Source: Cyanidioschyzon merolae (lineage: Eukaryota). From it: a stretch of DNA of 64,000 bases. Under the pieces are notes generated by a model that did not search any database, was not told the origin of the DNA, and saw only the letters and a program-made list of their open reading frames with translations. This document shows, in pieces, positions 41,094-50,351 of this stretch (the stretch's first letter is position 1; each line of letters begins with the position of its first letter). The position numbers and the translations under genes are program-made. The stretch is taken from NCBI GenBank assembly GCA_000091205.1, contig AP006496.2; one strand, 5' to 3'.

Positions 41094-42662
41094 TCATAAC
41101 CGGGTATCGTCGCTGACCTGCGGCGTTGCAACTTGGTTCTCCAACTGAGCGTAGACGTCGCAAAGCTGTTGAGCGGTTTCCCTCGCGAGATCAAACTCGT
41201 CCAAGTTCGACGCAAAGGGCGGTTCTCGGCAGTAGTTGTCCAGAAAAGCGTTGCGTCTGCGAAGCTTGTCGTAGGCAGCGATGGTGCGTCCCAACAACGT
41301 CGAGATGCCAGTGTGGTTTGCGAGCATAAGGCCGCGGACGCGGTGGGTGCATTTCAAGTAGGGGGACTTGCGAGCGAGCGTCACCTGTACGTTTGCTGAT
41401 GTAAGTGGTGTGAAACCGAGGTTTTCACGCTCCATCAGTCGCTGCAAGCTCCTCTGCACTTCGGAGGGGTCCTCGATTTCACCCTGTAGAACACCCAGCA
41501 GGGAAAGGTAGGAGCCACGACGAAGCGGGCAGCTCGCCATCAAGCTTTTTGGCTGGACTAGGCGTCGCATCACATCGTATACAGAGGTTTTTCGAATACG
41601 GCTTTCAGCGACCGGGAGCACTTGCGGCAGGCAGTCGACACCGGACGCGATCTGGTTAGTGTCCACATGTTTGGCGTTCATCTGGTTGGCGCCAGCGCCT
41701 GTGTAAATCGTGAGCGGTGTACAACTTGCCACCAGAAAGTGACAAGGCGGGAGCGGCACCAATGTAGACATCAGCTCCCGCAGATCTTGGTGGCTGTACG
41801 CTGGGAATCGCATCGTCGTGGTCGACGCTGCCATGACCATCGACACGAGGGCGTTCGTCTGGTCGAAGGTAGGGTTGTCCACGTACAAACGCTCACTCGC
41901 GATGCGGTTTAGTGCTGCATTATCGAGCACCGTGACCATATCCGCAAATTCAACGAGTCGTCGCAAGGTCAGTAGCGAGTTGTACGGCTGCACAACAACA
42001 TCGCTGAACATGGCGTTCGCATCGTCTTCTTCAGCGCCGCTGCCGCCACCGCTGGCTAGCCCCGTGGCGGCGCTGCCGCTGTTCGCATAATCCCTTGCGT
42101 CTGCATGGCGTTCGCCCGAGGCCACTGCGTACGACTGGTTCGGAAGGATAGAATAGGTCTGCACGACCTGCTTCGGGTAGCGATCGTGAAGCTGTTCCAT
42201 AACGTAGGAGCCGAGACCGCTTCCGGTCCCGCCAGCAACCGAGTGGCAAATTTGAAAGCCTGCTAAGCACTCGGCGTTCTCCGCCTCACGGTCGATCATA
42301 TCGAAGAGGAGCTCGTCGAGCATCTGTCCCTGGGTATAGCCGCTCGCCCAGTTGTTGCCCGCGCCACCTCGATCCCGAATGTCAAGAAAATAGTTTTCAG
42401 GGTTGAACAGTGACCCGTAGGCGGAGTTCTTAATCGATTGAATCACGCGAGGCTCCAGGTCAATAAGCAGTGCTCGTGGAACGTGCCTGCGATCGTCCGC
42501 TTCATAAAAGAAGGCGTCCTTGCGGTCCACGTTCGGGGCTGCGTAAGGTTCTAGCCGCCCATCCGGCCCTATGGCGTGCTCCAAACATAGCTGCTTCCAA
42601 AACTCGAGACCAATCTGATTCCCACACTGTCCTACTTGCAGCGTAAGCACCTCGCGCGGCAT
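41094..42662 (-). CDS. TUBG: Gamma-tubulin (522 aa) with a Gly/Ser/acidic insertion
   Basis: '[31 protein letters not shown]...[14 protein letters not shown]...[17 protein letters not shown]' are canonical gamma-tubulin motifs. Insertion '[25 protein letters not shown]'. ATG verified at 42662..42660. Confidence 0.9.
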   Translation of the reverse strand: MPREVLTLQVGQCGNQIGLEFWKQLCLEHAIGPDGRLEPYAAPNVDRKDAFFYEADDRRHVPRALLIDLEPRVIQSIKNSAYGSLFNPENYFLDIRDRGGAGNNWASGYTQGQMLDELLFDMIDREAENAECLAGFQICHSVAGGTGSGLGSYVMEQLHDRYPKQVVQTYSILPNQSYAVASGERHADARDYANSGSAATGLASGGGSGAEEDDANAMFSDVVVQPYNSLLTLRRLVEFADMVTVLDNAALNRIASERLYVDNPTFDQTNALVSMVMAASTTTMRFPAYSHQDLRELMSTLVPLPPCHFLVASCTPLTIYTGAGANQMNAKHVDTNQIASGVDCLPQVLPVAESRIRKTSVYDVMRRLVQPKSLMASCPLRRGSYLSLLGVLQGEIEDPSEVQRSLQRLMERENLGFTPLTSANVQVTLARKSPYLKCTHRVRGLMLANHTGISTLLGRTIAAYDKLRRRNAFLDNYCREPPFASNLDEFDLARETAQQLCDVYAQLENQVATPQVSDDTRL

Positions 42663-43194
42663 CGAGGTTTCAGGTACGAAGCCGCTGCCGCCTCACTGCG
42701 GAAGCGCAGCGCTTGTGTACCCGCGCGCGTCAGCGCTGCGTGCCGGCGTGCGTCGAGCGGATCGATGCGCGCGCGCGCCCCGCCGGAAATTCAAAATTCG
42801 CTCGCGTTCCTGAATCGCCGCGTGATGATGCCAGCTGCGGTGGCGCGATAGCGGCGATAGCGTTGTCGACGCTCGGCACGTCGTGCGTGCGTCACCCGTA
42901 GGCAGTGCGCGAGGCACTGGGGCCCGGGGCGTGCGACCTGCAGCCGTACTCATGAGTGAAGGAGGAAAGAACGATTACCCGGCGCACTCGGAGTTGATTG
43001 AAGGGTACGTAGCAGGAAATCGGAAAGGGGAACCGACGCTCACGCCTCAGGCAATCGACACGAACACCAGGAATAACATGGATGCACTGTGTGTGCCGAC
43101 GTCGTCGAAAGCTGCGGAGCCTGAGGTGCTTGCTACGGTTTCCGCTCAAGCCGTAGAAACCCTGGATGACTGTGCTGATACAGCGTATCCATCC
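42663..43194. promoter_or_regulatory. Divergent (bidirectional) promoter region shared by gamma-tubulin (-) and MIS12 (+); very GC-rich with (GCGC)n and 'ccgccggaaattcaaaattcgctcgcg'
   Basis: Head-to-head arrangement read from the coordinates. The extent depends on which MIS12 ATG is used (42952 or 43195). Confidence 0.4.
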
Positions 43195-44091
43195 ATGCCG
43201 CTAGAAGAGCGCTTTTTTGGTTTCCACCCATGCAAACTCGTTGAACAAGTCGAAGACTGCGTGCGCGACCTCTTGGAAGACGCGCTGGACGGCCTCGAGA
43301 CGAGCCTATTCCGCGAGTGTGCGCTAGCGTTTGACGCTTTACAGGAGAACGCGGTTACCAGCGAGCACGAGCATGCGAAGCGCCTGCTGCTGCAGCAAGG
43401 TCTCATGCGTCTTCGAGATGCGCTCTTCACCGCATTTTACGACCAGATGGATCGCTTGCAAGTATACCTTTTGCGCAATGTTTTCCACATTCCGCCCGGT
43501 TTACGCATTCCCAATGTGAATACTTCCGAGGATCTTGTCGAGAACTGGGAGCAGGCACTCGGCATCGACCCTTCCAGTGTGCAGATCGATGCCAACGCAG
43601 AGGATGAGCATGCTGTTGATCAGGAGCTCGTCGCACTGCGCCAATCCCTTCGGGTTGCGCGGCAGCGTCTACAACGGCTGTGCAGAGAGCGATCCGTCCT
43701 GGAGGGCGCTTTTCATCGGCTGGAGGGTGCGCTGCAGTCGCGACTGGCTTCGACTTTGATACCAACGGAGCCGGAAGATCCGTCCGGTGACTGCGACGCG
43801 CTTGCAAAGCAGGTTGTAACCATCGCCCGCGCGGTCTCTGAGCTTGAGGCGGTTGTGCGCTCGTGCAGAGACCAATTCCTGGGGGATCGTTCCTCGGCGG
43901 CAAGCGGTGGCGCTCCGCCGTCCGGAACGGTACCCGCAGCTGCTGGCGGATCCGATGTTGGTGCACAGGGCGCACTGGTGCGTCCGCCGCTAGAGCTCGA
44001 GCGCATCTTCGATGCGCACACGAAAGCCACCCGAGTCGATAGTCTGGATGCAGTGGACGCGCTTCGTCGCGCCCTGCACCGCTCGTGCTGA
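43195..44091 (+). CDS. MIS12: Kinetochore protein MIS12 homolog (alternative upstream ATG at 42952)
   Basis: N-terminal 'MPLEERFFGFHPCKLVEQVEDCVRDLLEDALDGLE' matches the Mis12 family start (human 'YEAQFFGFTPQTCMLRIY...', from memory). Later '...LLRNVFHIPPGLRIPNVN' resembles 'LFLQLILRIPSNILLP'. The track ORF begins on GTG at 42883; ATGs were verified at 42952 and 43195. Confidence 0.65.
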   Translation: MPLEERFFGFHPCKLVEQVEDCVRDLLEDALDGLETSLFRECALAFDALQENAVTSEHEHAKRLLLQQGLMRLRDALFTAFYDQMDRLQVYLLRNVFHIPPGLRIPNVNTSEDLVENWEQALGIDPSSVQIDANAEDEHAVDQELVALRQSLRVARQRLQRLCRERSVLEGAFHRLEGALQSRLASTLIPTEPEDPSGDCDALAKQVVTIARAVSELEAVVRSCRDQFLGDRSSAASGGAPPSGTVPAAAGGSDVGAQGALVRPPLELERIFDAHTKATRVDSLDAVDALRRALHRSC

Positions 44092-44136
44092 GAACGAGAG
44101 AACGTGTTTCGAAGCCGTCGCTCGTGTGTGATGCGC

Positions 44137-47100
44137 TCAAGCCGCTGACAGGGTTTCCTCAGCGTCATCATCGCTCTGACTCGGATCGCTGTCGATGCGG
44201 AGCTGGCTACTCACTACCTCGCCATCCAGGTTCTTGTGGCGTAGTGTCCCCATCCAAAACGATGAAAGAGAGGCGTTTGCGCTTAGCATCTCCTTCACCC
44301 GGTAGAGGAAAAGCTCTAGGGCTCTTTTCAAGGGCGGCGTCAGCGCGATCAAACTCCGATCTCGTTGCTCTTTCGCAAAGACGCACACACGTTGGAGAAT
44401 TCTCGTGCTCTTTTGGAAGGCTGCACAGGCGCTCGCTATATCTGCCGCACAGACCTGAAAGTGCACGATCCACAACGGCACGAGGGAACGATTCAGGCTG
44501 TCGGCAAAGATTCGACCCAGGCGCATGCTCGCTCCGAGCGCGCGATGGTCCCTTCCACGAACAGCCTTGTCAAGCAGCGTCTTGAGCAACTGCGCAAATC
44601 GGCGAAAGAGCTTGAAATGGGCCGAGTCCAGCGGCGCCGTCACGCATACCGCTGCATTCGAGCGGGCAGCGCGCCGACCAGGTGCTTGTTGTTGTTGTTG
44701 TTGTTGTTGACACCAGATTCGAAAGCATCGCTCCAGTGCCTGGGCAACCAGTACGAATCGAGCAGGTCGAGCGTCCAAAAAGCACGAGATGCAACGCGGC
44801 CCCTGGTTCTGGCAAATGTGACGAGCCGGCATGTAGCGCTCCAAGGTGGCGAGCGCCCATTCGAACGTCGGTTCCGTTGCAGCCGTATCAACAGCTGCTT
44901 CAATGAGATGCAATGCGGCTTTGAGAACGGCTTCTGTGAAGCGTAGGTCTTCGAAAGCCTGACTGTACAAGTTTGACTCGAGCCATTGCTGCAATATTAC
45001 GGCTCTATCGAACGACACTCCTTCTAGCCTCATCATGATTGCCAGTAAAAGCAGTGAGGTCTCGTCATCACTCCAGTCCAGGGGTGATGTCTGCGTCAGG
45101 AACGCGTCACAGAAGAGCTCGGCATCAAGGCCGGACGCCGATTCGAGCACCCGCAGCACCTGGTGAAGAGTGTCGCGAGCCTTGCACGCTGGGGGCGCCT
45201 TTGCGATACGTATCAGGACTTTGAGGTTGGCGTCAATGACCGCAGCATCGCATCGGCGGACGTGTCGGAGCGTCCACAGTAGGATCTCTGGATCGGCGGC
45301 ATCAGCAGCGGTCTCGGCGAGCAGCCACGACAGCAGGGAGCCTGGTAGGCAGGGCTCCTGCGGCATCTCCAGGACGATCGGGAGAGCGTTTGCCGCAGCC
45401 TCCATCGCCAAGTGCTCTGCAGCTGTTTCCACTGCAATCAAATGCCTGATCCTCTCTACTAAATGCGATCGAGCGCCGTGCATATCCTGCTTTGCGAGCA
45501 CAGCGAAGAAATGCACTTGCGCCCCCAACCAGTTCGAAGCGATCGCGAGACTTTGCATTTGGTCTCGGAGCTGCGCACATGGAATCGAAGCGGTCGGCTT
45601 CGAGAATGGCGCCACCGGGAGTTGAACTGCTGCGCCCAGCAGCGGGCACAACTCCTTCTGAAACCAATGGCTTGTGTAGCCGTGTTGGCCAACACCAATG
45701 CACCATATCAAGCGTAGTAGAGGTACCAGAAGCACGAGATTTGCAAAGCCGTCCTTCTTCGAATGCACGAGATTTGCGACCGGAATCACGAGGTCCAGGG
45801 AGCCCTCCATGGCGAGGCCGAATCGCGCCTCTGATGGGATCGACGCTTCATGCGCTTCTGCGTCGCTCGATGGCATCCAGATGAATAGACTGGCAAACTG
45901 TTGCAATGTGTGTGTTAAAAGCCACAGAGCGGGCGCGGGTGCCCTGTGCAAATCTGACGAACTGCTGCTGGCAGCGGTACCCAGCGATGGCATCCAGGCT
46001 GCAGCGAGTTCTGCATATAGCTGCGCGGCTATCGCGGGGCGTCTCGCCGTGCACTGAAGCGCGAGTTCCAGCAAATCCTGGGCTTTGGAGTAGTCTGCCT
46101 CACGCTGGCTCCAGGTCTCGACGAGGATCGCTGTCGCCAGGCATCCGCAACGTTGATAGAGTGCGTCGGGGTGTGTCAGCAGCTTCCGAACCATCAGAGG
46201 CAAGAACGTTTCGAGGCGCTCCGGCGCTTCTATGGAAGCGCACGCATGCGTATTCACGGTGCGATGCATGAGCGCAAAGGTGCTATACATCAGGGTCAGA
46301 GGGAGCGCGCCGGGCGTCTTGAGTGCGCCTTGAATGTTGGCGCATGGCGAAGGAGCGCGCCCGAAATCATGTTGCCACGTGGACGGTGCCAGGCTCTCAC
46401 ATAGCTCTGCGAGTCCATGCACAAGCGGAGCGAATGGAGCCAGTTCTGCCGGCGTCTCCCGCGCGATACACACGAACGCATGCAGACTGAGAAGGCGGCA
46501 GTACTCTGATTCGCTGTGTGCAAGTTCCAGGAAACTCAACAGACAGTCTTGGCGGAGCGCGGGCACGGCCTTGAAGAACGCGGCTATGAGCTGAGCGAGC
46601 GTCTCAACATGACCAACAAGGGGTGCGTGCGCGGTCATTTTCGGTCCGGACCGGCAGATAAGATTCAATAGCTGAAGCAGTGCGGATCCATCGTGCGTAT
46701 GCAGAATGCTTCCCCAGCGAAGTATCGCTCTTCGACCTTGATCACCGCATAGGATGTATGCCGTCGCGGCTTCGAGAGGACACGGCATGCGATGCGTACC
46801 CGTCGCTGGCCTCGCCCGATGTGCTTTCATTTCGAAACTCTCTGGATTCGCCCGATACAAAGCCAGTAGCAGGAAAAGATCTGCCGGTTGAGGGGTAGCG
46901 TCGGCACTGGCCCCGTCGGTCCACTCTTGAAGCGCTCGACAGACAAGGCCGTAGGCGCTCTGAGAATACCAGGCAAGCATACGCTTGACGGCCTGTTGGC
47001 TGTGCTGAAGCGCGCACGCAACCGCACTGGTAACAATGACCGCATCATGCGATGTCGCTGTCTGCTGTTGATGCAGCTGCTGCCGCTCTGCTAGAAGATT

Positions 47101-48258
47101 TTCGCGAAGCGCCGCCATAATCGCATTTTCAGCGGATGTCTCAAGACAATCGACCTCGTTCCCAGTCAGCAGAGCGCTTTCCGCATCGGAGGTAGCGCCC
47201 AGGGACTCGAGCGCTCCTACCAGAAACTGCAACCCCATTGCCAGGCTCTCTGGGCTGTACAAACCAGGGACGATGCTCAGGATCTCGCTGAGCAACGATT
47301 TGCGCACAGCACGTCTGGCTGTCGCCGTTTGCAGAGCGTTTGCTGTATCTACAACCGTATTCATGAGGCGCACGTTGCATTTTTCTCCTCGAGCAGCTCC
47401 CTGCAAGAGACCTGGAAGCGAGTTGGCCAAAGCGAGCTCGTGGCGCTCTGCGTCAAACGATTGCTGCACCAGCTCTGGCAGTATCTCGAGGAGCGTCATT
47501 TGTAAATCGGGCGACACGATGCCAAGCGCGCCCAGAATACTTTCGATCAATGCGCCCAAGCCGCCAGATTCTTCCGCAGCGCTCTGGTGCGCAATGACTC
47601 TTTCGCTGCCGAGCTGCATGGGTAGGATATGCGACAGCGACAGGTCAGAGTTCAACCATCGCAACGCAGACGCACAGCTCAGCGCTAGCGTCGACTTGGC
47701 GGCTTCGCTCGGATCCACGGACGAGGAGCCCAGGTCTCGCTCCAGCGCTTCCTGCAGCAGTGCGCGAGCTGCTCCGAGACGAAGTCCTCGAATCCGCAAC
47801 AGCAGACAGCTGAAACTGACGCCAGTTGACCTGAGCTCGAGCTCGCACCGCTTCGCGTCAAGGGATACGACCGTTGATGCGCGATCATCAGACGCCGGAA
47901 ACTGCAGCTCGGCAATGGGTGTCAGCGAGCGCGTTAGTGCTGCGTCGTCCGTTTTCCATGCCTTTTCGATAGCATCAACCAGTCTGGAAGCTCGACAAGC
48001 AGTTTCCTCTTGAGCTGTTGAGGTTTGCGGGTCGGACTCACCGGGTGCTTCAATTTCGGCCGTCAGCGCGGTGCAGAGTCGCTCCAGCGCAGCCACGGAC
48101 TCCACAACATAACACGTCTCGTGTAAGCCCCCACGCCCAGGCCAGTGAAGCAGCCGAAGCCCAACCTGGTTTAACTTGACCACCAAGGTAGCCGGAAGAT
48201 AGCAGACCAGTGGGTCTTGCGACTCGTCAAGTGGTAGGATACGCGCGTTAGGTTCCAT
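44137..48258 (-). CDS. FANCD2: FANCD2 homolog (Fanconi anaemia ID-complex subunit), ~1373 aa
   Basis: Very long Leu/Ala-rich helical-repeat protein. Its C-terminus 'SFWMGTLRHKNLDGEVVSSQLRIDSDPSQSDDDAEE' matches the FANCD2 C-terminus ('[33 protein letters not shown]', from memory). Size fits FANCD2. Internal ATG 'MEPNARILPLDESQ' verified at 48258..48256. The upstream part of the track ORF translates a palindromic low-complexity region. Poly-Gln from (TTG)n at 44686..44709. Confidence 0.7.
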   Translation of the reverse strand: MEPNARILPLDESQDPLVCYLPATLVVKLNQVGLRLLHWPGRGGLHETCYVVESVAALERLCTALTAEIEAPGESDPQTSTAQEETACRASRLVDAIEKAWKTDDAALTRSLTPIAELQFPASDDRASTVVSLDAKRCELELRSTGVSFSCLLLRIRGLRLGAARALLQEALERDLGSSSVDPSEAAKSTLALSCASALRWLNSDLSLSHILPMQLGSERVIAHQSAAEESGGLGALIESILGALGIVSPDLQMTLLEILPELVQQSFDAERHELALANSLPGLLQGAARGEKCNVRLMNTVVDTANALQTATARRAVRKSLLSEILSIVPGLYSPESLAMGLQFLVGALESLGATSDAESALLTGNEVDCLETSAENAIMAALRENLLAERQQLHQQQTATSHDAVIVTSAVACALQHSQQAVKRMLAWYSQSAYGLVCRALQEWTDGASADATPQPADLFLLLALYRANPESFEMKAHRARPATGTHRMPCPLEAATAYILCGDQGRRAILRWGSILHTHDGSALLQLLNLICRSGPKMTAHAPLVGHVETLAQLIAAFFKAVPALRQDCLLSFLELAHSESEYCRLLSLHAFVCIARETPAELAPFAPLVHGLAELCESLAPSTWQHDFGRAPSPCANIQGALKTPGALPLTLMYSTFALMHRTVNTHACASIEAPERLETFLPLMVRKLLTHPDALYQRCGCLATAILVETWSQREADYSKAQDLLELALQCTARRPAIAAQLYAELAAAWMPSLGTAASSSSSDLHRAPAPALWLLTHTLQQFASLFIWMPSSDAEAHEASIPSEARFGLAMEGSLDLVIPVANLVHSKKDGFANLVLLVPLLRLIWCIGVGQHGYTSHWFQKELCPLLGAAVQLPVAPFSKPTASIPCAQLRDQMQSLAIASNWLGAQVHFFAVLAKQDMHGARSHLVERIRHLIAVETAAEHLAMEAAANALPIVLEMPQEPCLPGSLLSWLLAETAADAADPEILLWTLRHVRRCDAAVIDANLKVLIRIAKAPPACKARDTLHQVLRVLESASGLDAELFCDAFLTQTSPLDWSDDETSLLLLAIMMRLEGVSFDRAVILQQWLESNLYSQAFEDLRFTEAVLKAALHLIEAAVDTAATEPTFEWALATLERYMPARHICQNQGPRCISCFLDARPARFVLVAQALERCFRIWCQQQQQQQQAPGRRAARSNAAVCVTAPLDSAHFKLFRRFAQLLKTLLDKAVRGRDHRALGASMRLGRIFADSLNRSLVPLWIVHFQVCAADIASACAAFQKSTRILQRVCVFAKEQRDRSLIALTPPLKRALELFLYRVKEMLSANASLSSFWMGTLRHKNLDGEVVSSQLRIDSDPSQSDDDAEETLSAA

Positions 48259-49313
48259 GCAAGTGCTGTTGCGACGCTCCCGTACGCAACAACGGCAATT
48301 GCAATGAACGTGTTCGCGCGCCGCAGTTCGACGATCGATCGCGCTGCGGCAATGCGTGCGTGCAATGCGTGCGTGCATGCGTGCATTGCACGCATCGAAC
48401 TGGAGAGCACGCATGCGTTCAGTTTCAGTAAGCGGCTCCCGGTAGGCTGCGGTAACTGCTCAGTTTCTTTTTGGAGTATACGGTCGGTGCAAGGAACCCG
48501 GGGATCTCCGATTGCGTGATGGTTATTGGCATGGGAGGCGGCGTCCATCACGTCGCACCAGAATTTCAAGGCGCGCCAGTGATACTGCATTCTTTCCTTT
48601 CCAGATCACGGTTCGTGCAAATGCTATTTGGTATGCCGCGCCTAGCGTGGGCGCTCGCTTCGACACCCCTACAGCTCAGTGGGTTGATGTGCTCGCTGCA
48701 CTGGCGCTGCATGCAGTGCGTACGGCGACCGCACAGCCGAACCAACTCGGGCGTCATTGACTTGCCACGCACGACCAGCGAAGCGTTTTCCAGGCGACGG
48801 TGCCCTTTGCTTCTCACGGTTGACCGATGAATCTGAACCTGATGTGCAAAGACGAGTTGGCGATGCCGCTCTCGTGCCAGACGGATTCCGTACAAGCGGA
48901 TGCTCTGGATCAGGGGGAAACGCTGCTTTAAGGTCTGGCGTTGACGTTTCTGTCGGACTGACCGGTCTGATTGCGTGCGACGTTGCGGACAGGTGAGCCA
49001 GGTCGCTGCGTTCTCTACCAGTGAGCTTCTGTGGTGGCAAAGTGGCGCCCGCCCTGCCCTGTTCCCGAACTCTCTCGACTCCCATGAACCGAGCACAACC
49101 TTCAGTCGTAGCGCATCGCTGTCCAGTGGCGCCTTGATGCCATCGCTGGCCAATGAACGCCATATCTGAAAGCACGTATGGGAGGCAGCTGGCCGAAATC
49201 GGAGGTAAGATAAAAAATGATACACGCTCCCATGGGTGTTGGTATCAGCTGCGCAATCGAGGATCTCTGGTAACTCTACATGCCCTGCGGATCGGAAGGA
49301 TCGCACGACGTTC

Positions 49314-50351
49314 ATGGACCAGTGCGTCCGGCACGGGCACTGGTGCGCTTCCGCTCAGGGAGACAAACCACGAGCTTTTCGAGTACGTCGCACGGACGCC
49401 GCGGGTCGCTGTCTCTCCAGTTCAAGAGAGGAAACCTCAAAGGCTGCGCACTCGGAACCGTTGTTTGATCTGCTGTTCGTCGTGTGCTGGCCAAGGTTGC
49501 CTGGAACGAGCACCTTTACTCGAAAGCAGGTTCGTAACTCAAACACTGAAACTAAACCCGCGCCTCCGTCCCCTGCTCCGGAAGTTTTGGAGCCACTGGC
49601 GCAACGCTTTCCACTTCATTGTGAAGATTTTGTCAACAGGGAACGGAGGTTGCTCGTGAAAGCGATGTACTCCTGGTTACAAGCGCGCCGACAGCCGCCG
49701 CCGCCCCCTTGCGTGCACCCCAGTACACCGTGTTTCGTTGCCGCGTGGCGTCCGCTCGTGGCGGGCCTGACCACTTGTGGCGCACTAGTTCCGATATCAC
49801 GAGCTAGAACCACAGTGCGATCGCATCCGAACCGACAGCTTCGGTTAGGAGCGGTCCGGTGCGTTCGCTGTGCGAGTGACCAGGCGGATGACTCGTCGGC
49901 CCCGCTTGATCCTGCGAAACCGGATATGCAGACGAACCCGCGCTATTTCACGCGTCCCAACCGGGTTTCTACTCGACAGCGGATGTTCGAGCGCAATCAG
50001 AACAATGTCTCTCGCCAGCGGAGACGAAGAGCGCTCCAAGCAATACTTTGCGGCCAAGTGATTGCCGAGACCTACGACTACGTTTTTACGGATGGTCGGT
50101 ATTATTTTCCGCCTGGTTCCGTCAATGATACTTTCCTCATCGAGACCGAGGAGACGCGAATGATGAACCCTATTGGCAGGGCCCGAATGATGGACATTCG
50201 AGTGGGCCATGTGCGAATTCGCCGAGCAGCATGGCGCTTCTTCGAGGTGCGACGTAGTGACGGCGGTGTTTGGACCACCCTCCAGAACTATACCGCCTTT
50301 TGGAAGAGCGTCCGACTTCGCTTTGCTCCACGGAACAACGCTGGTGATTAG
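49314..50351 (+). CDS. Hypothetical protein, no family assigned; Pro-rich N-terminal half, structured C-terminal ~100 aa
   Basis: Long ORF. The track start at 49236 is GTG; the first ATG, verified at 49314, was used. C-terminal 'YDYVFTDGRYYFPPGSVNDTFLIETEETRMMNPIGRARMMDIRVGHVRIRRAAWRFFEV' looks like a folded domain but was not recognised. Confidence 0.3.
   Translation: MDQCVRHGHWCASAQGDKPRAFRVRRTDAAGRCLSSSREETSKAAHSEPLFDLLFVVCWPRLPGTSTFTRKQVRNSNTETKPAPPSPAPEVLEPLAQRFPLHCEDFVNRERRLLVKAMYSWLQARRQPPPPPCVHPSTPCFVAAWRPLVAGLTTCGALVPISRARTTVRSHPNRQLRLGAVRCVRCASDQADDSSAPLDPAKPDMQTNPRYFTRPNRVSTRQRMFERNQNNVSRQRRRRALQAILCGQVIAETYDYVFTDGRYYFPPGSVNDTFLIETEETRMMNPIGRARMMDIRVGHVRIRRAAWRFFEVRRSDGGVWTTLQNYTAFWKSVRLRFAPRNNAGD

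Noticed and set aside
48259-48414. N-terminal 52 codons of the FANCD2 track ORF ('MRALQFDACNARMHARIARTHCRS...')
   Set aside because: They translate a palindromic CATGCGTGCA-repeat region. The conserved protein begins at the ATG at 48258.
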